Notes: generated from the letters alone by a model not told the origin. A DNA stretch of 63,679 bases, filler included, from Reticulomyxa filosa (GCA_000512085.1; 20 parts of 20 records of this genome joined end to end with filler, not necessarily neighbours in it); one strand, 5' to 3'; positions 1 to 10,777 are shown, numbered from the whole stretch's first letter. Translations and numbers: made by a program.

Positions 1-26
1 TATATATATATATATAAGATACAAAT

Positions 27-1260
27 ATGGGTAACAAATCAGGTTTTGAGGCTTTGAAACCTTTACCAATCCCACTCTCAAAATGTCCTTGTGTGTTGTA
101 TAAAAAGGAAATCCTCATTTGTGGAGGTTTTGTGAAAGGGGAGTGCTACTCGTATCACACAGAGAAAAACGAGTACAAGAAAATTTGCTCATACCCGAAT
201 CAAATTATAGTGTGGTCACATCAGGTGTTGCGATTGGTGAACAAGGACAGCCCCGACGAAATGACGCTGTTATCTTTTGGAGGGGCATTTAAGCACAGCA
301 TGATAATGAAATATGTAAGTGTATGGGATGACGAGGACGACAAAAAAAAAGAAGATGAGAATGCAGCTGAAGCAGAAAAGGTAAAATCACGTGTGAATTG
401 CAACGAGTGGGTCCAATTGACAGATCAGGAAAACAACCCCGTTTACGTTGGCACGGACGAACCATGTGAAGGGATGCGTTCTGTGATTGGCGGAAACAAA
501 AACCATTTGTTATTTTTTACGTATACTCCAAAAAATTTTTTGGTGATAAATTTGAACACGTTTCAGTGTGTGAAACGTGAAGATTTACCAGTTGAAATAT
601 TGATAAATTTTCCCTGTCTTGTATCGAAGAATGCAAATGACACATCGAACATAAAAAATAAAAACATCACTGAATTGCTATTATTTTGTGAAAATGTTGG
701 CTTGTCTATTGACTATGATGAAGATAACAATACCTTGCACTTTGGCAACGTACCCGTGTGTACTACCATTGCTTATTATTCTAGTTATTCGTATGTGCAC
801 GCCCACGATACCATCTTCTTTTTTGGTGGTCAACATTGGAAAAAGAGATGGAGAACCAATGCCGTGCATAAATATTCCATCAAAGACCAACAATGGACTA
901 AACTCAAATTCTCTTTCCCTGGCCCATGCGGTCACTCTTTTGCGATCCTGAACGATGACCACACTTTTGTCCACATCCTTGGGGGGGTCAACCGAAAACA
1001 CGAGGCCATGTCGGTACATTTCAGGATCAAATTTAAGGATTTGATGATGCTGGATGACGATGCTTTCGCACAAAATGTGCAAGAGCAGAAACCACTGGTG
1101 CAAGAGGAAGAAAAAGAGGAAAAAGAAGAAAAGGAATCAGTTGAAGAAAATACCAACGTTACGTTTTTTTTAAAAATTTTAAATAACTTAAAAAAAAAAA
1201 AAAAAAAAATAAAGAAAATAATAAATAAAGGAAAATAGCAAAGAAGAGAACAAGCAATAA
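27..1260 (+). CDS. Kelch-like beta-propeller protein (lineage-expanded family), with a probable short 3' intron at about 1158/1163-1238
   Basis: 403-aa ORF with repeated GG-containing Kelch-type motifs (ILICGG, LLSFGG, VIGG, FFFGG, HILGG) and Y/W spacing (CYSYHTEKNEY, VHKYSIKDQQW). The ORF tail runs into a GT...poly-A...AG intron, so the exact end is uncertain. Confidence 0.8.
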
Positions 1261-1924
1261 TGTTGAACTCTGCCCCCTCCTGAAAATTGCCATTGCCAAA
1301 TTATTTTTTGTTGTCTATACTGTAAAGCTATTGAAACAAATAAAATGTATTTGACCCATAGTGTACATATCGTTGCCTTTTTTTTTTTTGAATAATGGGC
1401 CAAAGTGACCGCTTGGAGAGCACAATTCTATTTTCTGATTTGCATGTAAATTTTGCTTAACATTCACGTGTAACAATTTTTTCTTTTGATCAAATATCAT
1501 CAATGAAACATTATACATAAGACAGATTTTTGTCACAGATGTTGTCCCTGCTTGCCACAACACACAAACAGTTAGCAAAAATGCAAATATGATCTTATAT
1601 CTGAATTTACAACAGACGAATACTGGCAAAAAAAAATTAGTCTTCCTTCGCTGCAAATTTGTGTTAACAATAAAAATAAACAAAAAAACAAAAAATTAAA
1701 ATATGTCTTTCAAGATTGAAGAACATTATCACTTCATCTTTTATTTCGGCATAGATTTAAATATGTTTTGTTCACAATGTTCAAAAACACATTTCTGGCC
1801 TAAACTTTAGCAAAACAGAAGCACCTTCAAAGCAGAGTAGTGAGCATATTGAGAAACAGAAACAAAAGAATGAAAATTTTATTTGGGAATATCCCAATTC
1901 TCGGTCAATTATCCACAACAAAAC

Positions 1925-2281
1925 ATGACCGACGTAACAAAATTCCAAGATTCAGAAAATGAGAAAAAGTCAGAAGAAGAGACGAAAACGGGTGAGCCTG
2001 ACCTCTGTCCAAAGACGTGAAGACGAAAATAAAACGTACAACGCAAAACATTCAAACAAACAGACATGGAGAAATTTCTTGAGCGCCTAAAGTGTGGGCA
2101 CTATGTGAAAGTGTTTATATCAAAGGGGTTTACAACGCTAGAGGACATGATGTGTCTGACAGTGCAGCGTTTGAAAGATGATTTTGGGAAGGAGTTGACT
2201 TTGAGAGATTGTTACATCATAGTAGATGCAATTGAGGCAATTAAAAAAGAAAAAGAAAAAGAAGAGAGCCGTCACAGTTGA
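1925..2281 (+). CDS. Small SAM (sterile alpha motif) domain protein, 2 exons
   Basis: ATG at 1925, then a phase-1 intron G|GTGAG (1992) ... CAG| (2063) that joins in frame to MEKFLERLKCGHYVKVFISKGFTTLEDMMCLTVQRLKDDFGKELTLRDCYIIVDAIEAIK, a SAM-like pattern. Confidence 0.65.
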
Positions 2282-2375
2282 AGAGTTGGAACAAGCCATA
2301 TGCATATATATGTACATATACATATATACATATTTTTTTAAATTTATATTTTGGTGGACAAGAAAGAGACAGAAA

Positions 2376-3235
2376 ATGACGTGTTTTTTTGTTGTTGTTT
2401 TTTTTTTTTTAAATACAAAACGACGGTCCCCTTTTTTTTTTTTTTTTGATGGTGATGACGGATCGAAGCAACATCAATACACTCGGCCATCATAACGCAT
2501 GTGGATGAAGTGCACTCCGCAAAGTTCCAACGAATCTTTGCATCGGTAGTAATTCCGGGGAAGGGTGACGTGATCTTGGACGGCTGTGTTGTGTTGGAAG
2601 GCCATAAAATCTGGTACGTTGGCAAGGCCAGTGAGATGCCTGAGTTGCCATCGGCACAAACATCAGACGACTTTAAAGTTAAATCAAAGAAGGAAAAGGG
2701 GGGGGGGTAAAAAGGGGAACATTTTTTCGAAATTAAAAAAAAAAAAAAAAAGGTTCCAGTAGTGATGCCTGGACTTTGGGATTGCCATGTACATTTCGAA
2801 GGGATCACAGCAATGACACAGGGAGACGTAACGGAATATACGGTGAAGGAAGACGAAGCACTGATTGTTGGTCGAAGCGTGCTGCACGCATACCAGACGC
2901 TGATGGCAGGCTTTACGTCGGTGAGAGAGGTCGGCGGCAGCGGCTGGGCGATCAAAAGACTAATCGACGAAGGCAGCATCATCGGCCCGCACGTATACCA
3001 CTCCGGACGTGCATTGACGATGACGTGCGGCCACGGCGATTGCCACAGTCTGCCGTACGAATGGATGTGTCGTCGCATCAATGCACACATTTGCGACGGC
3101 GTTCCGGAGTGTCTGCGAGGAGTACGTTTGCAAATACGAAAAGGCGCTACATGCATTAAAATGCATGCTTCGGGTGGGGTCTTGTCTAAATTGGATCATC
3201 CCCTGCATGCACAATTTTGTGATGAAGAGATGCAG
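2376..3235 (+). CDS. Metal-dependent amidohydrolase (Xaa-Pro dipeptidase / ochratoxinase-like), 3'-truncated
   Basis: Motifs VMPGLWDCHVH (HxH), GFTSVREVGG, TCGHGD, DGVPECLRGVRLQIRKGATCIKMHASGGVLS. The in-frame intron 2678-2752 is clear. The start at 2376, via an intron 2383-2468, is inferred. Confidence 0.85.
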
Positions 3236-3367
3236 TTTTGTGTATACGTGTACATATATGTGTATATAAATTTGTATTTTAAAAAAAAAAAGGGGGGGGG
3301 GGGGGGGCGGAGGGGAGTTTTTTAAAAAAAAAAAGCCCCTTTTTTTTTTTTTTTTTTTTTTTTTTTA

Positions 3368-3467
3368 NNNNNNNNNNNNNNNNNNNNNNNNNNNNNNNNN
3401 NNNNNNNNNNNTTAATTAATTAANNNNNNNNNNNNNNNNNNNNNNNNNNNNNNNNNNNNNNNNNNNN
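3368..3467. other. Artificial contig linker N44-TTAATTAATTAA-N44 (first of 19)
   Basis: The same 100-bp spacer, with stops in all six frames, recurs at 6662, 10778, 13441, 23912, 26297, 29254, 34373, 35484, 39126, 41956, 43144, 50801, 53072, 54536, 55840, 57479, 58660 and 62108. Confidence 0.99.
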
Positions 3468-4427
3468 TCTCTTCATATAGTGCCATTTAGATATGGCAGT
3501 TTTTTTGCAATTTACTGTATATTTTGTGTGATTGCATATTTTTCATTATTCTTATTAATTTTTTTTTTCAAAAAAATAGATGGAACAAAACGAGTAATTC
3601 GAAGTTTTGCGATTGTTTCCTATGTAGCTGTGTATACATATTTTGGACTGATACAACGCTTAGAAGCTCAATACAACTATTTGCTTATACCAATCCATTC
3701 CGAAAAGCATTAATATTTATGGCACATCGCGCTTGGGAAGTGCTGTTTGAATTCCTTGCTTTAAATAAAGGAGAATGAGATTTATACAAATATCTTAAGT
3801 ACAATCTACTCATATCGTTAACTTGGTCTTTAGGAATTGAGAGTCATTGGTTAATGTTAGATAAATGCTTTGACGAGTATTTTCCGCTGGATGTTGTTAT
3901 CGTTACGTTTTTTGTTTAGGTTTATACGTATATAAGTACATATACTCCTACTTTTTTTCAATGGGTTAATGTGATAAGTAAAAAGGCAACCACTTCAGAA
4001 AAGGAATGGCTCACGATGCTGTATTCTCATTGAAATTTTGAAAAAAACAATAATCAGTGAATTTACATACCATTTCTTCAGCTTGCAATTATGAATCCAC
4101 TCAATCTCTATATTGAACTGTGATCATGAGAGGTTGTGGAGTGAGTAAAATTATGGACTACAGATGATTTGCAAGAAATATAGTCCAAATATCAAAAATT
4201 CTACAAATAATCTATCAAAATTTTCACTAGTTTACATATTTTGCATATGCACATTAAATACAGATGATTTATATCAATAAATATATTATTCCAATTTTAA
4301 AAAAAGTAACTTAAACCACTTTATCAAAAGCAATACATTCTAATTTCATTACAAAATTCAGAGCAATGTCAAATTATTAATTTTATATTGATTAAAAAAA
4401 GTTAATATCTAAAATGTGAAAAAACAC

Positions 4428-4500
4428 CGCCCTTCCATTGGGTTCATCAGTACAATCAAGAAATGTAGACTGGTTTCGCCCTTCCATCTGGCTTCCAGAA
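4428..4500 (-). ncRNA. Minimal hammerhead ribozyme motif in a 49-nt tandem repeat (Penelope/retrozyme type)
   Basis: The minus strand reads GGGC-GAAAC-CA-GUC-UACA-uuucuugau-UGUA-CUGAUGA-ACCC-AAUGGAA-GGGC-G. Both conserved core boxes, a GUC cleavage triplet and a stem I (UACA/UGUA) directly abutting both core segments are present. CGCCCTTCCAT repeats at 4428 and 4477 on the plus strand. Confidence 0.7.
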
Positions 4501-5090
4501 CTATCATGACGAAGGGAAAAGGGTATATACCGGCATCCTGGAGCTCTTATAGTAGTTTGCCGTTGGCGTTGGTACTACCCTCGATCGAAGTGAACGCATC
4601 GGGGCTTCCTATAGAGACTATTGCTTAATATAGCCTACGTCCTCATATTGAGTGACCACTACGGTACTTACCAGCCATCATCCGGTGTGCACTGTTGGTG
4701 CTATATGATTCTATGGTTAACTTTGAAGTTCCAGTAACTTGTCTCGCGCAAGGGCCGCCCTCTACCCAGAGGCCGCTCTGCATGCGGAGCAGATGTTACG
4801 TTGATTATAGTGCTCACAAGCCCCCATAGAGATATCATACCATGAGGTCTTCCTGCAGAGTAAATGGTGGAACTACTATATGAGCGCCAACGTCCTTCCC
4901 TCACATGACTTCAGCAGCAAGTCCACTCTATCCAGTAGTTAGTACATAATGCATATTAGCTCCCCTTCTTTCGCCGGTCCAACTGCATGCAGCTGACATC
5001 TCCCTAATAAATAGTAGACCGATTCTCACTACGTAATCGTTGAATATATCAACTATACATAGTGATAACACGTCATGATATTAGATTCTC

Positions 5091-5130
5091 CAGTTTTCCT
5101 GATGTAACATACTATACATAAGGAAAACTG
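5091..5130. repeat. Inverted repeat / hairpin
   Basis: CAGTTTTCCT-g-ATGTA-acatacta-TACAT-a-AGGAAAACTG: a 10-bp plus 5-bp stem with one mismatch. Confidence 0.8.
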
Positions 5131-6344
5131 TTTTAATATATAATGATATTGACTTACATTACTATTTATAATATGTCTAATTTATTGTTCAATTGATGAA
5201 CATATTGTTTTCTTGATCAAATTATGCTAGCAAGTTATCAAACAAAGCAAAGTTGCACTTGTGAGCTTTATTAATCTTTTTTAGTTTAAACTATACATTA
5301 TGCTATTTTGAAGATGGAAAAAAATATTATCATTTGATTCTACTTGTAATTTTTTTTTTTATCAAGTAGTATTACATTTACATTTTCTTCGTTGTGTAGA
5401 TATTTTTTTTATTGCGCAATCAATCAAATATGATTTTACATTTTGTCATAATCTGATTAGCTATCATAAAACAAAAGATATAAATAATGACAAACATTCG
5501 TAAGATATATCACAGCTACAAGTTTGTTGTCTTCAACAGTTTTGTTGTTTTTTTTTAATTATGATCTGCTTGCTTGAACTAATTTCAATAAAATGAACAA
5601 TAACAATGAAAAAGAAAAACCAGACAAACAAAAAACAACGCGAGCATAGATGTAAAAGTTTTAGTGAAAAAAAGTATCCTAAATTCCCGCCGAACTTTCG
5701 TCACACGCCAAAACGTAATTTTTATCATTATCATTTCTAAAACGGTGCATTTGAAAGCAAATTCGTAAGTGTGTTCGTTTTTGGTGTTTTTTTTAACAAC
5801 AATAAAAGAAAAAAATTTTAGGGTTTTTCTGTTGTAAGATATTCTTTCGATTATAACAACTGGTCTATGAATCACAAGTTTAAAATTAAGATGTTTTAAC
5901 TTACGTTGAATGTTTTTGCATTACGTTTAATCAGAGCAAACAACAAAAGACCATTGGGTCAGTAAAAAAATAATGACAATAATCTGCTTTTATTGACAGC
6001 GGAAACAGTCAAAAGCACAACAAAAATGGAAACCATAAATGACTAAATAAGATAGTTTTCCCACAATCCTTCTTGCACTCTAATTTTTTCCGAGCTGAGC
6101 CACAGCTAATGTTTGTGAAAGACCAAGAAGAAGTGATTGAAGAAAAAAAAAAAGAGTGAGGACAGATAAATGTCATGAACAGATGACAAAGATTTGAATT
6201 AATTAGAAAGTGTAAAAGTTAACATATATTATTGTTATTGGACTATTCGTTTAGTTTGCTTGTTGTTTTTTTTTTTAATCCAGAGATATGAAGCTAAAAA
6301 TTAATTTTAAAAAAAAAAAACAAATAAAAAATTTTTAGGCAAAA

Positions 6345-6541
6345 GCAATCCTTTTGATGAGTTTTGGTATGTTTGCGCATGTTCCCAGAATCACTAAACG
6401 CACGATGGCATCCAGGAAAAGAACATTGGAATGGTTTTTCCCCTGTATGCAGCCGTGAATGTCTTTTCAAAGCTCCTTTTTGCGTAAAAGATTTATTGCA
6501 AACAGAGCAAAGATAGGGCCTCTCTCCGGTGTGAATTCGCA
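6345..6541 (-). CDS. C2H2 (Kruppel-type) zinc finger protein, exon of a 5'-truncated gene
   Basis: HTGERPYLCSVCNKSFTQKGALKRHSRLHTGEKPFQCSFPGCHRAFSDSGNMRKHTKTH: two fingers with TGE(K/R)P linkers. Confidence 0.92.
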
Positions 6542-6761
6542 CTATTAAAACAAACAAAGAAGTAAGTTTTTTTTTTTTTTTTTGGATAAGTAATGACAAA
6601 TAGAACAGTACAAAAAAAAAATAAAAAATAAAAAAAGAAACATAAACATAAACATGCATACNNNNNNNNNNNNNNNNNNNNNNNNNNNNNNNNNNNNNNN
6701 NNNNNTTAATTAATTAANNNNNNNNNNNNNNNNNNNNNNNNNNNNNNNNNNNNNNNNNNNN

Positions 6762-8325
6762 ACACACACAAACATGAAAAAAAAAAAACCAAAATGAAAT
6801 CAGCTGTGTTTGGAAATAAACATGAAAACGGGAGACCTTCGAATGAAAAAACGTGTGGAAACTTCACAAAAGACAGTGCACATGCACAACACGGCAATAA
6901 CAAAAATAGTGTGCCCAAAGAAAAACGAAACCCGATTAGTGATTGTATTTGATCCAATGAAGCACACCTCATGGGATTTATTGTTTGAAGATCAACATGT
7001 TCGCAATTCTTTTTATGTGATTGTTTGGAAGAGAATAGACAAGGGAACAGCAATAACAACATAACAAAAAAGTATTTTTGTAGGAAATGTGCATTATACA
7101 TATTATGATATTGTTTGATCAGAAACGAGAGGCATGTGCACAATTGTTAGTACAAATGAATGTTACCCTTGCCGTCAAAGTTTTGACATGTTGACTGTCT
7201 TCTTTTTTTTTTTTCTTTTTTTTTATTTTCAAAAAAAAAAGCATATGTATCAATAAAGTATTTAAATGAAATGGATTGAAAATCACCAAGGACGAAGATA
7301 TTGATAATCCACCAACATGGACTTCCAATGAAGACATAAACAACTGTGTTTTGTGCAATGAACAATTCACATTTTCAAACCGAAAGCATCATTGTCGCTC
7401 TTGTGGAAAGATTGTCTGTGCACCATGTTCTTCAGGTGTTTTTTTTTTTTTTTTTTTATGTGGCACTGCAGGCTATGTCCATAGAAAAAAAGAGGCACTC
7501 TTTTTTTTTGTTAAAAAAAAAAAAAGACAAATGGGGTTATTTTAAACAAAAAAAAAAAAAAAACAAACAGAAACGGCAGTGATGCCAGATAAAGGCATTT
7601 ATGACGTAGTTCGAGTGTGTAAAGCGTGCTTTCGAAAATTGATGACTAACAGAATCAATTTTGTTACGATATTTATTACTATTATTGTTATTGTTATTGT
7701 GATAACTGTTATTTGAAGTCACTCTGTCTTTTTTACAATTAACACACATACACAAAAGGGTGGACTGGGATTTGCGGATAGGAACGAAAATGAGTCAAAT
7801 GAAGAAGGATTGGCATTTAAAGAGATGCTTCCCGTTCGCTTGGGACAGCACAGCCAAATGGGAAGTATGGAGTTGGTAAGCGCGTTTTTCCCCATCTCCT
7901 GCCTCTAAAATAATACAAAGAGCAAGCAAATATATGCGCATATGTATATACATGTACACATATACAATATATGTACATATACATATATACATATACGTAT
8001 ATAAAACATATGTGCACATAAACACATGAATGGACAAGAAAAGAAAAGAAAAGAAAGTTCGTCGTCTCTGCTTTCAATTCCAGGAACCGTGGGGAAACTG
8101 CGCGTGAAAAAAGATCAAGAGTGGTGGAAGAAGTACTTGGCGCATCACACCGACATGGACATCGACCAAACGGAGTTGAAAGAAATGATTCGAAAAGGAA
8201 TTCCTCCGTCTCTCAGGGTTTTGTTAAGAGTTTTTTTTTTTTTTCCCTTCTCCCCCCCTTTAAAAAAAAAACAAAAAAAAAAACGAGCCCAAATTTGGAC
8301 ATATATGTATACCTACATTAAATTA

Positions 8326-8356
<31 letters not shown>

Positions 8357-10360
8357 CATGAAAAGGTATGGCCTCGTATATCAGATTGTCAAAAACGAAT
8401 GAATGAGGTGGGAGAAGACTATTATGAAAAGCAATTGGAAATGTCTCGAAAAGAGAGCAACGACTCGACAATAGAGAAAGATTTGAAGCGGACATTTCCA
8501 TTTGAGGAGAAACAGAGGAATGAGCAAACGATCGATAAATTGCGCAACATATTGATAGCCTACAGCACAAGAAATCCGCACGTGGGATATTGTCAATCGA
8601 TGAATATTTTGGGCGCAATGCTGTTGTTGTTTATGGAAGAGAAAGACGCATTTTGGATGCTGTGCACATTGGTGGAAGACTATTGTTGTATCGATAATAT
8701 CTTTTATCACCAGTCAGACTTGTCCGGCGTGTTTATTGACGAATGTGTATTTCTGGACTTGATTAAAGAAAAATTGCCTCTGCTCTATCAACACCTGTAT
8801 TCTTTGGAGTTCAATCTGTCCACCGCCACCATCGATTGGTTCTTATGTTTGTTCGTCACCACATTGCCGTACGAGACCACATTGCGCGTTTGGGATGTAA
8901 TGTTCGCCGAAGGTCCCGTCATCATTTTCAAAGTGGCCTTGTCCATTTTGCAGTTGCGTCTGTCGTCGATTCTCAAAACCCAACGCTTGGAAGACTTTAT
9001 GGCCGCTCTGCGAGATGGCTGCGCACTCCTGATCGATTCCGACCTGTTCATCAAAACCTGCTTCCAGCCCGAGTTCGATGACGTGGACGTTTTTGTCTCC
9101 CAAAAAAGGGCCTATCATCAAGCCCACGTGCGGCAAGATATCAAGCGAAAAGAAGGCACGCTCATTTTCGTGGACTCAAGAGTAGAAGTTAAATCAGAAT
9201 TAGGACCGGGATCTGGGTCAGGCTCTCGACAAAGCTTTAGCGATGACTCAAATCATCCCTCGCTTCCTCCGACCCCACACTCGGAACAAGGGGCCACCAC
9301 CGCCGTCCCGACGATCCAATGCAACCCACCTCACACTCATAACAAAGATATCGATATGAATATGAACTGTTCGTCCCTGTTTTCTGTGGACAGGTCCAAA
9401 CATACCTGTTATGAAGTGAGCAGCTTGGAACAGATACTCCAGGCTCGTCTCAGGGACGCTAAGAAGTCCACATCGCAATGCAACAACAGCGCACAGCTCA
9501 GTCAAGAGCTGCCTGACCACGAGTTCGAGGTACGGATGATCCATTTGGATCCCAAGATCGGTCAACAATTTCAAGAGTATAGTCAATATTTTGGCAGATT
9601 TGAAATCTTCAATGTTGTTGAAGTTAGGTTTACATTTGTTTCAATATGTACATATACATATATACATATATACATAATATGTGTAATATATAATATATTG
9701 AAAAAGGGATACATACCGATACAAGAACAATCGACAAGAGAAAATTCTCTCAATTCTGAAAATGAGGGAAATGAAAATGTAAATGGAAATGGAAATGGAA
9801 ATGGGGATGAAAAGGAAAATGAAAATACAATAGACAATCAGATAATACTAACTCCACAAAGATCGACGCCACTGGCTCGAAAAAATATGACGTCGTCGAT
9901 GTCGCCGCGCTCGTTGTCACATTCTCCATCGCCATCTCGATCACGTTCGCAATCGCAATCGCAATCGCAATCGCAATTGCAATCGCAATTGCAATCGCAG
10001 TCGCAGCCACAATCGCCAAAGTTGGCCTGCTCTCCACCTCGGTCGCAATCTCCTCCGAAAAAGAACCTTCCTGTGTGCGAGGAGACGTCGACGTCGACGC
10101 CGACGCCGACGCCCACAAAGGAAACGCCCTCGACGAACACATCCCAAGCGAACAAAAAGAAGAGACACTACTCGCTGTTTTCGCTCAGCAGGACCGTGGA
10201 TCGACAGGCGCTGTCCACGCCCGACGAGTGTCGCAAAGATAAAAAGGACAATCCAACTGTGTCATCGCCACATCGTCAACACGAGAAGAAAAAGCCAAAT
10301 CACATTATCAATCGCAAACACCCTCGCAACCAAAGCAAACACGACAACAACAACAATAAC

Positions 10361-10393
<33 letters not shown>

Positions 10394-10777
10394 CGCAGTC
10401 ATGATCGCAATGCCAATGAAAGTCAAAAGACTACAGAGGAGATTGATAGTGAATACAAACAAGAACATGAACACGACAAAGAAAAAGAAAAGGAAAGTGA
10501 AAGAGAAAGTGAAAGAGAAAGAGAAAGAGAAGACAAGGAGACGACAAAAATGGAGACAACTAAAAAAACGAAAAGCCACAGCCAAATGTCCAAAAAAAAA
10601 CCGAGCGAGTATTTGACCAGCATGGAGACCACACCGTCGAACACAGGGCTATACCAACAGCATCGCAAATATCGACACACAGTGACATTGTCGACCCCTC
10701 GTGAACAGCCCTTTTCTCTCTCTTCACTTTCCAAACAGGTGCCCGCTGCTTCTGCTACCATTACTACTACTACTACT
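6762..10777 (+). CDS. Multi-exon Rab-GAP with a FYVE zinc finger, a TBC domain and a low-complexity tail; possible PH-like N-terminus; incomplete
   Basis: FYVE: WTSNEDINNCVLCNEQFTFSNRKHHCRSCGKIVCAPCS (about 7318-7435) continuing to VRVCKAC (about 7608-7630). TBC: LKEMIRKGIPPSLR, IEKDLKRTFP, VGYCQSMN, DAFW, WFLCLF, LRVWDV. Confidence 0.85.
9945..10395 (+). repeat. Coding microsatellites: (TCGCAA)n giving SQ repeats, (ACGCCG)n, and (AAT)n giving poly-Asn
   Basis: Tandem repeats directly visible at about 9947-10015, 10085-10112 and 10345-10393. Confidence 0.85.

Larger units (their letters stand above)
4425..5130 (-). mobile_element. GC-rich non-coding insertion; candidate non-autonomous Penelope-derived or retrozyme-like element
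   Basis: GC content is 27/60 at 4441-4500 and 40/60 at 4741-4800, against 13/60 in the flank 4321-4380. There is no credible ORF. It has long-range complementary segments and a hammerhead at one end. Confidence 0.45.

Noticed and set aside
3293-3316. Poly-G runs (also about 2698, 23567, 39483, 50535) as G-quadruplex regulators
   Set aside because: They are simple intronic or intergenic homopolymers like the ubiquitous poly-A/T runs, and their lengths are unreliable in this assembly.
3690-3950. Coding-like frame read through a TGA at 3776 (recoding or selenocysteine?)
   Set aside because: Further stops follow and no homology is recognisable, while the other genes use the standard code. It is more simply a decayed gene fragment.
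4416-4904. ORFs 4416-4628 (+) and 4701-4904 (-) in the GC-rich island
   Set aside because: They are short, start at non-ATG codons and have no motif or coding-like composition. They are chance ORFs.
4425-5090. CRISPR-like or regularly spaced repeat-spacer array in the island
   Set aside because: I found no repeat with regular period beyond the two-copy 49-nt unit. The roughly 122-nt spacing of (C/G)TTCC did not extend into alignable units.
9583-10761. Many overlapping antisense ORFs (CDCDC, IAIAIA, RLRLRL)
   Set aside because: They are shadows of coding microsatellites on the plus strand.
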